Shown: positions 1 through 9,819 of the stretch, in pieces
How the letters are laid out: every line of letters starts with the position of its first letter
Position numbering within the stretch: the first letter of the stretch is position 1
Source of the DNA: Burkholderiales bacterium
GTDB lineage: Bacteria; Pseudomonadota; Gammaproteobacteria; Burkholderiales; Burkholderiaceae_E
DNA length: 64,000 bases
Direction of reading: 5' to 3'
Assembly: GCA_026399835.1 (NCBI GenBank)
Contig: JAPLQE010000092.1
Coordinates: forward strand, 2,882-66,881
Translations under genes and position numbers: made by a program
The notes under the pieces: generated by a model
Seen by the model: only the letters and a program-made list of their open reading frames with translations
Database searches by the model: none
Told to the model about the DNA's origin: nothing

Positions 1-219
1 GTTGGTGAGCTCCTGCGGCACCAGCCCGATCAGCGCCCGCGCGGCCTTGTAGTCGCGCACGGTGTCGTGCCCGCCCACGGTCACGCTGCCGGAGGTGAGG
101 CGCACGATGCCGCAGATGACGCTGATCAGCGTGGTCTTGCCTGCCCCGTTCGCGCGGATGCCGCCGGGCGACGCCTACCGCCGATACGCCTTCAGCACGT
201 CCGTGCCCTCGGCCGTCAC
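1..219 (-). pseudogene. ABC transporter ATP-binding subunit interrupted by an in-frame TAG; 3' part runs off the left edge
   Basis: The minus frame reads V(GTG 217-219)TAEGTDVLKAYRR-TAG(175-177)[58 protein letters not shown]. The Walker A motif (NGAGKTT) is clear. An amber codon sits 5 codons before the P-loop, and the KxY-to-P-loop spacing is about 15 aa shorter than I expect for this family. The GTG overlaps the upstream gene's TGA (GTGA). Confidence 0.5.
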
Positions 220-1055
220 GCCCGCATCGCGCCACGCCCCGACACGACCCCGTACGCCAGGTTCGTGCGCATCCCGCCCTCGCGCTCGTACGCGGCCTTC
301 GCGACCGCGATCGCGTCGCCCTCGAGCGCGGCGCGCTGCGGCGCGTCGTACCTGTAGAGGCGCGCGGTGTTGTCGCCGAAGATCGCACGCTTGACCGGGC
401 CGTCGGCCGCGCCGAGCGGCGCGAAGCCGTGCCGTGCACGCAGGTCCTCCGGGATCTCGAGCCGGCGCAGCGCCTCGATCTGCCACTGCGGCGCGCCGGT
501 CCAGATCGCGTCGGTGCCCCAGCACACGTGGTCCGCACCCATGCCCTTGATCAGCTACCCCATCATCACTGCCGACAGCCGCGGCTCGGCGATGGTGGTC
601 TGCGCGAAGAGCTGGCCGACGTCGGCGTACACGTTCGACACGCCGGCCTGCGCCGGGATCTCGGCGAGGTCGGTCACCCAGTCGATGCGCCCGCTGCGCT
701 CGAACTGCGACCACGCGTCCTCGGCCCGGCCGCCGCCGGCGTACCGGTAGCCGCCGTGATAGATGATGAAGTTGAGCTGCGGCCAGTCCTTGGCCGCCCG
801 GGCCACGTCGGACACGTCGCAGTGGCGCGTGAGGTGCGGAAAGCGCTCGGCCACCGATGGCGGGAAGAGGCCCTTGTGGATGCACACGTTCACCAGGCCC
901 GCCTTGACGAACTTCTCGTAGGCCGGATAGACGAGCTTCTCGTCGTCGAGCCGCCACGGGTGCTTCGACAGGTTCTTGTGGGTGTTGTCGCCGATCGTGT
1001 AGCCCTTGAACGAATCGGGCCTGAGTTCGGCGACGGCCCGGTCGATCGACTCCAT
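216..1055 (-). pseudogene. Amidohydrolase-family gene, 5'-truncated and carrying an in-frame TAG
   Basis: Track ORFs 555-1055 and 216-542 are in the same frame (1055 and 542 are both 2 mod 3), separated only by TAG at 555-557: ...RLSAVMMG*LIKGMGADHVCWGTDAIW... Motifs FKGYTIGDN, PWRLDDEKLVYPAYEKFVKAGLVNVCIHKGL and WGTD fit a metal-dependent amidohydrolase. The expected ~150-aa N-terminal part with the HxH metal ligands is missing, because the upstream gene ends at 1083. Confidence 0.7.
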
Positions 1056-1082
1056 CCAGCCGGCGCCGACGCGGCCGGCGGC

Positions 1083-1661
1083 TCAGGCGTCGAACAGGTC
1101 GTCCAGGCCGAAGTCGAGGCCCGCATCGTCGACCGACCCGACGTCGGCCACTGGATCGTCGGGGAGCGGTGTGCCGGCATCGCCAGACGCGGGCCCATCG
1201 GGCGAATCGGACGCCCATGGCGCGCCGGACGCCGTCGCCGCGCCGAGCGCCAGCGCCGCGCCCGCGAGGAACGGCGCCGCGATCGCACTGAGTGCGACGG
1301 CACCCGCGATCCCGCCGAGCAGGCTCGGCACGGCCACGCTCCGGAAGTCGGCCCCCGACCCGAACAGCCGCGCCACCGTGCCGGGCTGGCGCATCTCCGC
1401 GCGCGTGATCAGGCGCGCCAGCCCGATCGGCGTGCCGTTGACGGGCACCGCGAGCCCTCGCTCGTACGGCGGCAGCACCTGCGCGATCCGTGCGAGCAGC
1501 TCGCCGCGCTGCGCCTCGGTGAGCGCACGGAACGCGTCGGCGTGGACCTGCTCGATCGCCTCGGGAGGGGCGGTCCGCAGCAGGTACAGGTACCGGGCGA
1601 TCGCGCGCTCGTCGTCGGCGGACGGGGCGCCGTCGGTCCGGGGATGGGGGGTGTCCTGCAT
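1083..1661 (-). CDS. Hypothetical protein with Ala/Gly-rich hydrophobic segment and acidic C-terminus
   Basis: An internal ATG (cat at 1659-1661) gives MQDTPHPRTDG... in track ORF 1083-1751. It has one hydrophobic stretch (SLLGGIAGAVALSAIAAPFLAGAALALGAA) and an acidic tail (DDAGLDFGLDDLFDA). I do not recognise a family. Confidence 0.45.
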   Translation of the reverse strand: MQDTPHPRTDGAPSADDERAIARYLYLLRTAPPEAIEQVHADAFRALTEAQRGELLARIAQVLPPYERGLAVPVNGTPIGLARLITRAEMRQPGTVARLFGSGADFRSVAVPSLLGGIAGAVALSAIAAPFLAGAALALGAATASGAPWASDSPDGPASGDAGTPLPDDPVADVGSVDDAGLDFGLDDLFDA

Positions 1662-1698
1662 CGTCGGTGCTCCGGTGGCGTGGATCGGACGCGGCAGC

Positions 1699-2679
<981 letters not shown>

Positions 2680-2710
2680 GGGGGCGTGTCTCCGGGGTTG
2701 ATCGGTTCGT

Positions 2711-3184
2711 TCAGCCGGCGTCGCGCCGGGCGGCCCAGCGCCGCATCAGCGCATGCAGCACGATGAGGCCGGCCGCGCAGCCGGTCGCCAGCAGGATCAG
2801 GCCGCGGGCCCGCTCGAACACCCGATCGACGATCGGATCGACCGCGGCCCGCAGGCCGTCGGGCTTCGCCAGATCGCCGACGGGTCCGAGCGACGCGTCG
2901 ATGCCGACGACCGCCTTGCCGATCGGGGTCAGCGTGTGCTCGATGCCGACGAGCCGACGGTCGATCAGCTTCAGCTCGTGGGACAGATCGCCGACGCTGA
3001 CGAGGGCCTCGGTGAGCGAGGGCGCGGCCTTGGCCGCGGACGACGGGGCCTTCGGCGGATCGGATGACTCCCACGGCATCGCGGCCCCAGCGGGCGTCGG
3101 TGCCGCGACCCATGGGATCGCGAAGGCGGACGCGACCCCCAGCAGGACAGCCGCCCTCTTGCCTCGTCGAGCGCTCGCCCGCAT
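2711..3184 (-). CDS. Hypothetical exported protein with C-terminal membrane anchor
   Basis: 157 aa. It has a signal-like N-terminus (RAAVLLGVASAFAIPWVAAPTPAGAA) and a C-terminal hydrophobic helix (LILLATGCAAGLIVLHAL). The family is not recognised. Confidence 0.45.
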   Translation of the reverse strand: MRASARRGKRAAVLLGVASAFAIPWVAAPTPAGAAMPWESSDPPKAPSSAAKAAPSLTEALVSVGDLSHELKLIDRRLVGIEHTLTPIGKAVVGIDASLGPVGDLAKPDGLRAAVDPIVDRVFERARGLILLATGCAAGLIVLHALMRRWAARRDAG

Positions 3185-3319
3185 GTCGTTGCCTCCGTCG
3201 TCGAACCGCAGCGCGGCGCCTGCACTCTATCGGCGCGCGTGCATCCGGTCCATCGGACCGGCCAATTCGGCGGACCGGATCGGATGCGTGCCGGTACCGG
3301 CGGCCCGGGCGCCGGCTCA

Positions 3320-3402
3320 CGCCGCGGTGCCGGGACGATGCGGCGGCGCCGACACCGCGCTCCGTCCCCGTGTCCGGATCATACGGGCGCCCGGGGCGCG
3401 CC
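3320..3402. repeat. Copy A of an ~83-bp direct repeat (partner at 4819-4900)
   Basis: cgccgcggtgccgggacgatgcggcggcgccgacaccgcgctccgtccccgtgtccggatcatacgggcgcccggggcgcgccg aligns with 4819-4900 with about 8 mismatches in the same orientation. It contains the palindrome gggcgccc. Both copies supply the last codons (..APRAP[V/A]*) of a minus-strand ORF. Confidence 0.8.
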
Positions 3403-4075
3403 GCCCCCACCGCCCCGATCCTCCGCGCACAGTCCCGCGACCGCCGGGCCGAGCTCGAGCCGCTCGCCGCGCCAGTGGCCGACGGCCGTGTGCGGGTCGG
3501 TCGCCGGGCCCTCCCGGCGATGCGTCGCGGCGATCCAGTCCGAAGACCCCGCCGTCGGCGGAGCCGCTTCGATGCACCGGCCCAGCGCGTCGGTGAACGC
3601 CACGGCGCCATCGTCCCGCAGCCGCACCATAGCGTCCCCTTCGTGCACCACCGGCTGCTGGCGCTCGCCGCCGACCAGCGAGCCGTCCTCGTCGTGATGC
3701 CAGCGCAGCGTGCGCCCGGCGTGCTGAGACGCCTCCCGCGAGAGCGCCGCAGCCTGCTGTGCGCGCAGGAAGCCGCGCACCACCGCCTCGATGTGATCGA
3801 CCGTGCCGTGCTGCGCGATCATCAGCAGCGACGCTTCGGTCTCGGGCGTCGCCACCCGCGGATGGCCCGTACCTTCGAATAGCTCAGCTCGCGCCGGTCG
3901 AACTAGGCCAGAAGCCCCAGGAAGCGGTGGCCCGCCGTTTCAGGTGCCCGGCCAGCTCGGTGATTCGGGCCTCGAGCACGGGCAGCGGCAGCTCGGGCGA
4001 ACCCGATTCCCGCGCCGCACCGGAGACTCGGCGTGCGAGCGATGTTTCGGACAACAGATGATCCGGTAGATCATC
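3379..4075 (-). pseudogene. Decayed DUF222/HNH-endonuclease-family gene (13E12-repeat-type)
   Basis: Minus-strand pieces lie in different frames. ELPLPVLEARITELAGH is followed by AGHRFLGLLA*FDRRELSYSKVRAIRGW, which has TAG where the family has LLAEFDRRE. Track ORF 3379-3855 then reads AQHGTVDHIEAVVRGF...RTLRWHHDEDGSL...VVHEGDAMVRLRDDGAVAFTDALGR. The HNH core between these pieces is missing. Confidence 0.55.
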
Positions 4076-4222
4076 GATCGATCGAGGCGCCGGGTGTCAC
4101 CGGCGAGTCATCGGGAGCTTCCCGGACGGGTGTTACTCTCGACGAAAGCGACCCACGCATGCTTCGCTGACCGCCGACCGGCGGCAGCCGCGGATCGCGT
4201 CGAACCCTTGGTACGGAACGCA

Positions 4223-4741
4223 ATGGAAAGACTACTGGCCAGTGTCGGATCGCTGCTCTACGGCATGCGGTTCACCATGCTCTTCTTCTACGTGGGGCTG
4301 GTGCTCATCATCCTGGGGATCCTCGGCAAGTTCGTGCTCGAGACCTACAAGCTGATGGTCACCCTGCTGTTCGGAAACCTCGAGAAGATCGATCTGATCA
4401 TCAAGGTCCTCGAACTGGTGGACATGACGATGGTCGCGCAGCTGGTCTGGGTGGTGGCGCTGGCGGGTGTGTCGCTCTTCGTCACGACCGGTCACTTCGA
4501 TTCGAAGGACATGAAGAAGCCCGACTGGCTGGACCATGTCAACACCTACAATCTCAAGCTGAAGCTCGCCTTCGCGATCATCTCCATCTCGGGTGTCCAC
4601 GCCCTGAAGACCTATCTGAGCGGCGAACTGAGCCTGGAGAACATCCAGATCGTCACCATGGTGGCGGTGATCCACTTCACGTTCGTGCTGTCGGCGATCG
4701 GCATCTCGTTCGCCGAGCGGCTCACGCGGGAGCATCCGTGA
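4223..4741 (+). CDS. yqhA: YqhA/UPF0114 family inner-membrane protein
   Basis: Starting at ATG 4223 (MERLLASVGS...), the 172-aa product carries LELVDMTMVAQL, NLKLKLAFAIISISGVHALK and IHFTFVLSAIGISFAERLTR, which resemble E. coli YqhA. GC content is visibly lower than in the neighbouring genes. Confidence 0.75.
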   Translation: MERLLASVGSLLYGMRFTMLFFYVGLVLIILGILGKFVLETYKLMVTLLFGNLEKIDLIIKVLELVDMTMVAQLVWVVALAGVSLFVTTGHFDSKDMKKPDWLDHVNTYNLKLKLAFAIISISGVHALKTYLSGELSLENIQIVTMVAVIHFTFVLSAIGISFAERLTREHP

Positions 4742-4818
4742 GTCGAGCTCGGTACCGTCGGTGAGGGTCATCGAACGCGGATCGATCCACTCGATGCCCA
4801 CGCCGATGTAATGGCTCG

Positions 4819-4900
4819 CGCCGCGGTGCCGGAACGATGCGGCGGTGCCGACCTCGCGCTCCGGCCGCGTGTCCGGATCATGCGGGCGCCCGGGGCGCGC
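4819..4900. repeat. Copy B of the ~83-bp direct repeat
   Basis: See 3320-3402. This copy overlaps the 3' end of the alpha/beta hydrolase gene. Confidence 0.8.
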
Positions 4901-5819
4901 GCGACGCGTCGGCAGCGCCCGCGCCGAACCGCGCCCCGCACCAGCGCTCGATCGCCTCGCGGACCTCGACCGGGCGCTCGGTGAGGGGCCAGTGGTTGCA
5001 GTCGACCTCCGCGACCGTGGTGCGCGGGCCGGCGAGCCGATCGCGCATGCGCACCGGGTCGGCGAAGTGGGCCGCGGTGGACTGCAGCACCAGCGTCGGC
5101 AGCGGCGCGTCGGCGGGCGGCGGCGGCACGGGGCGGAACATCTCGACCAGGTCCTGCAGGTACACCGCGGTCGCCGTGGTGCGCAGGTCGGCGCGGGTCG
5201 AGCTGTACCGCCGGATGAACTCGGCCTCGGCCCGTGGGGACGCGAGCGCGCGACGCGCGGCCTCGTCGAGCGCACGCAGGTCCAGCGGCGGCAGGCTGCG
5301 CCGGTGCAGCCCCAGCGCGTTCAGCGCACGCACCGTCGCGGCCGCGGCCGCGAGCAGCGGAGCGGCGCGGGCCCGCCGTCGCCACCGTGGCCGCAGCGCC
5401 TCGCGGAACACCGGGTCGATCAGCACCAGCCCGCGGACGCGGGCCGGGTGGCGCGCCGCGCAGTGCAAGGCCACCTGTGCGCCCAGGCTGTGGCCGACCA
5501 GCACCGCGCCGGCGTGCCCCCGGGCGTCGAGCAGCGCGACCAGGTCGTCGCTCCAGACCTCGTGCGAGATCGGCCGCCGCGACAGCGAGGCGCCGTGGCC
5601 GCGCAGGTCCATGCGCAGCAGCTCGTGGCGGGCATCGAGCGAGGTGTGCTCGACGAACTCGGTGAACCGGGTGAGGTTGCTCGCCAGCCCGTGCAGCAGC
5701 ACCACCGCCGGCAGGCCGGCGGGCAGGCGCGCGGGCCGGACCCGGCAGGCGACGCTCGCGCCGTCCGGGCGACGCAGCGCCACGTCGATCTCGGGTCGGC
5801 GATCGGGGGGGGCATCCAT
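4878..5819 (-). CDS. Alpha/beta-fold hydrolase
   Basis: 313 aa. It has VVLLHGLASN, the nucleophile elbow VGHSLGAQVA, and LVLIDPVF. Confidence 0.85.
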   Translation of the reverse strand: MDAPPDRRPEIDVALRRPDGASVACRVRPARLPAGLPAVVLLHGLASNLTRFTEFVEHTSLDARHELLRMDLRGHGASLSRRPISHEVWSDDLVALLDARGHAGAVLVGHSLGAQVALHCAARHPARVRGLVLIDPVFREALRPRWRRRARAAPLLAAAAATVRALNALGLHRRSLPPLDLRALDEAARRALASPRAEAEFIRRYSSTRADLRTTATAVYLQDLVEMFRPVPPPPADAPLPTLVLQSTAAHFADPVRMRDRLAGPRTTVAEVDCNHWPLTERPVEVREAIERWCGARFGAGAADASRAPRAPA

Positions 5820-5934
5820 GCGGCGATGATCGCATCGCCCACGCCGGTGGCCTCCCCGGCTCGGCTCGTCACGGTGGCGGACTGCACGCCGACGTGCGGG
5901 ACGATCCGGACGCGCCGCTCGCTCAGACGCGCCC

Positions 5935-6399
5935 TCAGGCCCGGCCCTGCGGCCCGGACGCCGGATCGCTGCGGTCTGCGGACAGCACCGACAGGACGCT
6001 CTGCGCGACGCCCTCCACCCTGGACGAGTCCCGGCGCATGCCGTCGAACAGCTCCACGACCGGCGTCGTGCCGGGCAAACACAGCCAGTCGGCCAGCTGC
6101 TCCGGCGTGGCGCCGATGTAGGCCATCTTCCAGTCGCTGAACCGCGCCGACGGCACCTCGCCTTCCTGCAGGACCGTCACCGCCTCGTGGCGCAGGTCCC
6201 GGGAGATCCGGGCCATCAGCGCCTTGATCGTGGCGGCCTCGCCTTCCAGGATCTGCAGGAAGATGCCGTCGACATACACCAGCGCGCCGGTGATGCCGCG
6301 CTGGGCATTGTGTTCCCGGGCCTGCTCGAGGAGGTCCTCGAGCTCGTCCGACTGCATCGGGATCGAGGCGTCCGACGAATAGATGATCTGGTAGGTCAT
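5935..6399 (-). CDS. BLUF-domain (blue-light FAD sensor) protein
   Basis: 154 aa. YQIIYSS, NAQRGITGALVYVDGIFLQILEG and ISRDLRH give the canonical BLUF pattern, followed by a short C-terminal extension. Confidence 0.85.
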   Translation of the reverse strand: MTYQIIYSSDASIPMQSDELEDLLEQAREHNAQRGITGALVYVDGIFLQILEGEAATIKALMARISRDLRHEAVTVLQEGEVPSARFSDWKMAYIGATPEQLADWLCLPGTTPVVELFDGMRRDSSRVEGVAQSVLSVLSADRSDPASGPQGRA

Positions 6400-6618
6400 C
6401 GACCGATACTAGGCCGCTTCGGCGTCCGTTCCAAGTGCTCACGTGTTCCGGCGGTAACCAGCGCCGAGCTCGGGCAGCGCACCCGCGCCCGATCGAGCCG
6501 CCTCCTCGATCGTGCGGTCGAGCGCCTCGTCGAGGTCTTTCGAGCGACAGCCGCTACGATGCGCATGGCGGTCCGGCGCGTGCTGCCGCGCCCGACTCCA
6601 CCCAAAGGAGAAACCCCC

Positions 6619-7833
6619 ATGTCATCCGGCAAGGTCCTCGTCGCCCAGGGCGGCGGTCCCACTGCGGTCATCAACCAGTCGCTGGTGGGCGTGGTGCTCG
6701 AGGCGCGACGCTTCCGCGAGGTGCGCCGCGTCTATGGCGCACGCCACGGCGTGCGTGGCATCGTGGGTGAAGACTTCGTCGATCTCACGCAGGAAACCAG
6801 CCACAACCTCGAACTCGTGGCGGGCACGCCGTCGTCGGCACTGGGCTCCACGCGCGACAAGCCCGACCTGGCCTACTGCCGCGAAATCTTCAAGGTGCTG
6901 CAGGCGCACGAGATCGAGCACTTCTTCTACATCGGCGGCAACGACTCGTCGGACACCGTGCGCATCGTGTCCGAAGAAGCGCACAAGGCGGGCTACCCGC
7001 TGCGCTCCATCCACATCCCCAAGACCATCGACAACGACCTGGTGGGCAGCGACCACACGCCAGGCTACCCCTCGGCCGCGCGCTTCGTGGCCCAGGCCTT
7101 CGCCGGCGCCAACCTCGACAACGCCGCCTTGCCCGGCGTCTACGTGGGCGTGGTGATGGGCCGCCACGCGGGCTTCCTGACGGCCGCGTCGGCCCTGGGA
7201 AAGAAGTTCCCGGACGACGGCCCGCACCTCATCTACCTGCCCGAGCGCGTGTTCGAACTGGAGCGCTTCCTGGCCGACGTGAAGGCGATGCACGCCAGGC
7301 ATGGCCGCTGCGTGATCGCCGTCAGCGAAGGCATCCACGACGCCAGCGGTCAGCCCATCCTGGCGCAGCTGGCCAAGGACCTCGAACACGACGCCCACGG
7401 CAACGTGCAGCTCAGCGGCAGCGGCGCGCTGGCCGACCTCCTGTGCGAGGAGATCAGGTCCAGGCTCGGCCTGAAGCGCGTGCGCGGCGACACCTTCGGC
7501 TACCTGCAGCGCAGCTTCATCGGCTGCACCAGCGACGTCGACCAGCGCGAGGCGCGCGAGGTCGGCGAGAAGGCCGTTCAGTTCGCGATGTGGGGCGACC
7601 GAGATGGCTCGGTGGCCATCAAGCGCACTGGCTTCTACTCGGTCGACTACGAGCTGCTGCCGCTCGCGACGGTGGCCGGCAAGACGCGCACCATGGAAGA
7701 CCATTTCATCGCCGAGAACGGCACCGACATCACCGACGCGTTCCGCCTGTACCTGCGGCCGCTGCTGGGATCGGGCATGCCCGACGCCTTCCGCCTGCGC
7801 ACGCACCAGGTGCCCAAGGTGCTGCGGCCGTGA
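6619..7833 (+). CDS. 6-phosphofructokinase family enzyme (ATP- or PPi-dependent not resolved)
   Basis: An aaaggag RBS at 6604-6610 precedes ATG 6619. MSSGKVLVAQGGGPTAVINQSL, FFYIGGNDSSDT, IPKTIDNDL and MGRHAGFL are PfkA-superfamily motifs. The product is 404 aa. Confidence 0.85.
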   Translation: MSSGKVLVAQGGGPTAVINQSLVGVVLEARRFREVRRVYGARHGVRGIVGEDFVDLTQETSHNLELVAGTPSSALGSTRDKPDLAYCREIFKVLQAHEIEHFFYIGGNDSSDTVRIVSEEAHKAGYPLRSIHIPKTIDNDLVGSDHTPGYPSAARFVAQAFAGANLDNAALPGVYVGVVMGRHAGFLTAASALGKKFPDDGPHLIYLPERVFELERFLADVKAMHARHGRCVIAVSEGIHDASGQPILAQLAKDLEHDAHGNVQLSGSGALADLLCEEIRSRLGLKRVRGDTFGYLQRSFIGCTSDVDQREAREVGEKAVQFAMWGDRDGSVAIKRTGFYSVDYELLPLATVAGKTRTMEDHFIAENGTDITDAFRLYLRPLLGSGMPDAFRLRTHQVPKVLRP

Positions 7834-7960
7834 CACCGCACGCTGTGCTGCCCGGCGAGCGCTTCGAGTTCGACGGCATCGGCTGTTGCGTGCAAGGCAG
7901 CGGTGCGCCGCTGCTGTGGGTGCACAGCATCAACGCCGCCGGCTCGGCCGGTATGCACAC
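7830..7960 (+). pseudogene. Stub of an alpha/beta hydrolase gene (first ~40 codons only)
   Basis: A GTG overlaps the pfk TGA (GTGA at 7830-7833). VTPHAVLPGERFEFDGIGCCVQGSGAPLLWVHSINAAGSA looks like a hydrolase N-terminus. The reading then degenerates and no nucleophile elbow follows. Confidence 0.4.
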
Positions 7961-8161
7961 TGGGGCCGGCTGGCGCTGGCCTGTACCGGCTGCGACGCGA
8001 AACAACGAAAGCGGCCGGATGGCCGTGAAGTCGGGCACGTTGCGCGCAGCACCACAGGCGGATCGATCGCGACGGGGCCGCCGTCACCCCGGGCGGTCTG
8101 TCCGCAGGGTCACACTCGCGTTACGATCTGGCTTGGGGCCCTCCCTTGGAGGCAGGCCGGG

Positions 8162-9118
8162 ATGAGTCGCAGCGCTGAACCCGCAGGCCCGGATCTGCCG
8201 CCCCCCCGGGCGCGAGGCGGCGCGACGGCCGGCGCGTCGACCCCGGTGGCCGAGCGGCTCGCCGCCTGGGTGGACCGTGCGCTGCGGCCAGGCGGCCTGG
8301 CCCCGCGGCGCGCGCTGCTCGGCGCGCTGCTGTCGATGGCGGCGATCTTCGCGGCGGACATGCTCACCGGCGAGGCCGTGCGGCTCGAGGCGCTCTACGT
8401 GTTCCCGATCGCGTCGGTGGCGCTGCACTGCGAGCGGCTCTCGCACGTGGTCGTGGCGATCGTGGTCGCGGTCGCGATGCAGGCGCTCGGCCTGGGCATG
8501 CAGGACGAGACGGTGCTCAACCGCATCCTCGACAGCGGCGTCGCGGTCGCAGCGTCGCTGCTGGCGGTGGCACTCGCGCGAACGCTGCGCCGGCACTACC
8601 AGGCCTCGGAGGAACGGGCCGCGACGGACGCGCTCACCGGTCTGCCGAACCGCCGCGCGTTCGACGCCGTGCTCGAGGCCGAGATCGACGTGCGTCGCCG
8701 GCACGGCGGCGCGTTCTCGCTCGCGCTGATCGACCTCGACCGCTTCAAGGCGCTCAACGACTCGATGGGCCATGCGGCCGGCGACCTCGCGCTGCGGCTG
8801 GTGTCGGATACGCTGAGCGCGCGCGTGCGCGCGTCCGACGCCGCCGCGCGGCTGGGCGGCGACGAGTTCATCGTCCTGCTGCGCAACGCGCCCGCTCGCG
8901 ACGTGGAGCGGATCCGGGAGACGCTGGTCTCGGCGATCGACCGGCGACTCGAGGGCGCCGGCTTCGCGGTGACCGCGAGCTGCGGCGTCGCGACCTTCGA
9001 GGCGCCGCCGGCGAGCGCGGCGCTCGCACTCGAGAAGGCGGACCGCGCGATGTATGCGGTCAAGGCGACGCACGGGGGGCGGAGGCCGGGAGAGGGTCCG
9101 CGACGAGATCTGCCGTGA
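8162..9118 (+). CDS. Membrane-anchored diguanylate cyclase (GGDEF)
   Basis: From ATG 8162 the product is 318 aa. It has hydrophobic N-terminal helices, then LTGLPNRRAF, LIDLDRFKALND, an RASD I-site-like motif and LGGDEFIVLL. The last ~8 codons come from the vapB-derived duplication (9097 onward). Confidence 0.85.
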   Translation: MSRSAEPAGPDLPPPRARGGATAGASTPVAERLAAWVDRALRPGGLAPRRALLGALLSMAAIFAADMLTGEAVRLEALYVFPIASVALHCERLSHVVVAIVVAVAMQALGLGMQDETVLNRILDSGVAVAASLLAVALARTLRRHYQASEERAATDALTGLPNRRAFDAVLEAEIDVRRRHGGAFSLALIDLDRFKALNDSMGHAAGDLALRLVSDTLSARVRASDAAARLGGDEFIVLLRNAPARDVERIRETLVSAIDRRLEGAGFAVTASCGVATFEAPPASAALALEKADRAMYAVKATHGGRRPGEGPRRDLP

Positions 9119-9251
9119 TCGCGGCTGACACCCGCATCCTGGTCCACGCGCACCGCGACGGCTCGCCTGCATGTTCCGGCGGTACTGCCCGCCGACCTCG
9201 AACAGCACGTTCGTGAGCGGGCCGAGCGAGCGCACCCGCACTGCCGCCATC
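9097..9251. repeat. Duplication scar: vapB 3' end plus vapC 5' end (72 bp) fused to icmF 3' end (82 bp)
   Basis: 9097-9168 matches 9788-9859 (tccgcgacgagatct.ccgtgatcgcgg.tgac...ctcgcct). 9170-9251 matches 10248-10329 (catgttccggcggtactgcccgccgacctcgaacagc...cactgcc.ccatc). The junction lies at a tcgcct microhomology that is present at both parental sites. Confidence 0.8.
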
Positions 9252-9540
9252 CAAGTGGTCGGTCGCCGGCGTCTTCCCCGCTGGCGCCTTCCCCTACAGC
9301 CCGGCCGTCGCCGATGGGTCTACGGGATCGACCTCGCGACGCGAGCCGTGCGGTGGACCTACCCCGAGCCCGGGCGGTAGGCGATGCGCGGCGTGACGGT
9401 CGACCTCGCTCTTCCGTCATGCGGCCGGCGCCAAGGCGATCCGATGCGTCACTGGCGACGCCTGCAGCGGCCGGACGATGACGGTCCGCTGGTCGCGGCC
9501 CGCCGGCGCCTTGATCGACAGACCTCCGTCGTCTACCCTA

Positions 9541-9565
9541 TCACCCGTATTCGCGATATGGGTGA
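9541..9565 (+). promoter_or_regulatory. Inverted repeat TCACCC-N13-GGGTGA just upstream of vapB (possible autoregulatory operator)
   Basis: tcacccgtattcgcgatatgggtga ends 5 nt before the vapB ATG. It lies in a locally AT-richer patch. Confidence 0.3.
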
Positions 9566-9570
9566 CCCAT

Positions 9571-9819
9571 ATGAAGACCACCATCGAACTCCCCGACGAC
9601 CTGCTCGAACGCGGCAAGGCGGTGGCCAGACGCGAGAATTCGACGCTGAAGGCGCTGATCGAGGAAGGCCTGCGGCTGGCGCTGCGCGAGCGCACCCGCG
9701 CGCGCAAGCGGACCGCGCCGTTCGCGGTGCAAGCGTTCCACGGCGACGGCCTGTCCCCGGAGTTCGCCGACGCCGGCTGGGAGCGGATCCGCGACGAGAT
9801 CTACCGTGATCGCGGTTGA
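9571..9819 (+). CDS. vapB: Type II antitoxin (VapB-like, DUF2191-type)
   Basis: From ATG 9571, MKTTIELPDDLLERGKAVARRENSTLKALIEEGLRLAL is the typical antitoxin N-terminus. The product is 82 aa. It overlaps vapC by 14 nt. Confidence 0.7.
   Translation: MKTTIELPDDLLERGKAVARRENSTLKALIEEGLRLALRERTRARKRTAPFAVQAFHGDGLSPEFADAGWERIRDEIYRDRG

Noticed and set aside
8084-9250. A 388-aa minus-strand ORF across the GGDEF gene.
   Set aside because: It is antisense to a gene with intact GGDEF and I-site motifs, and its translation is low-complexity Arg-rich.
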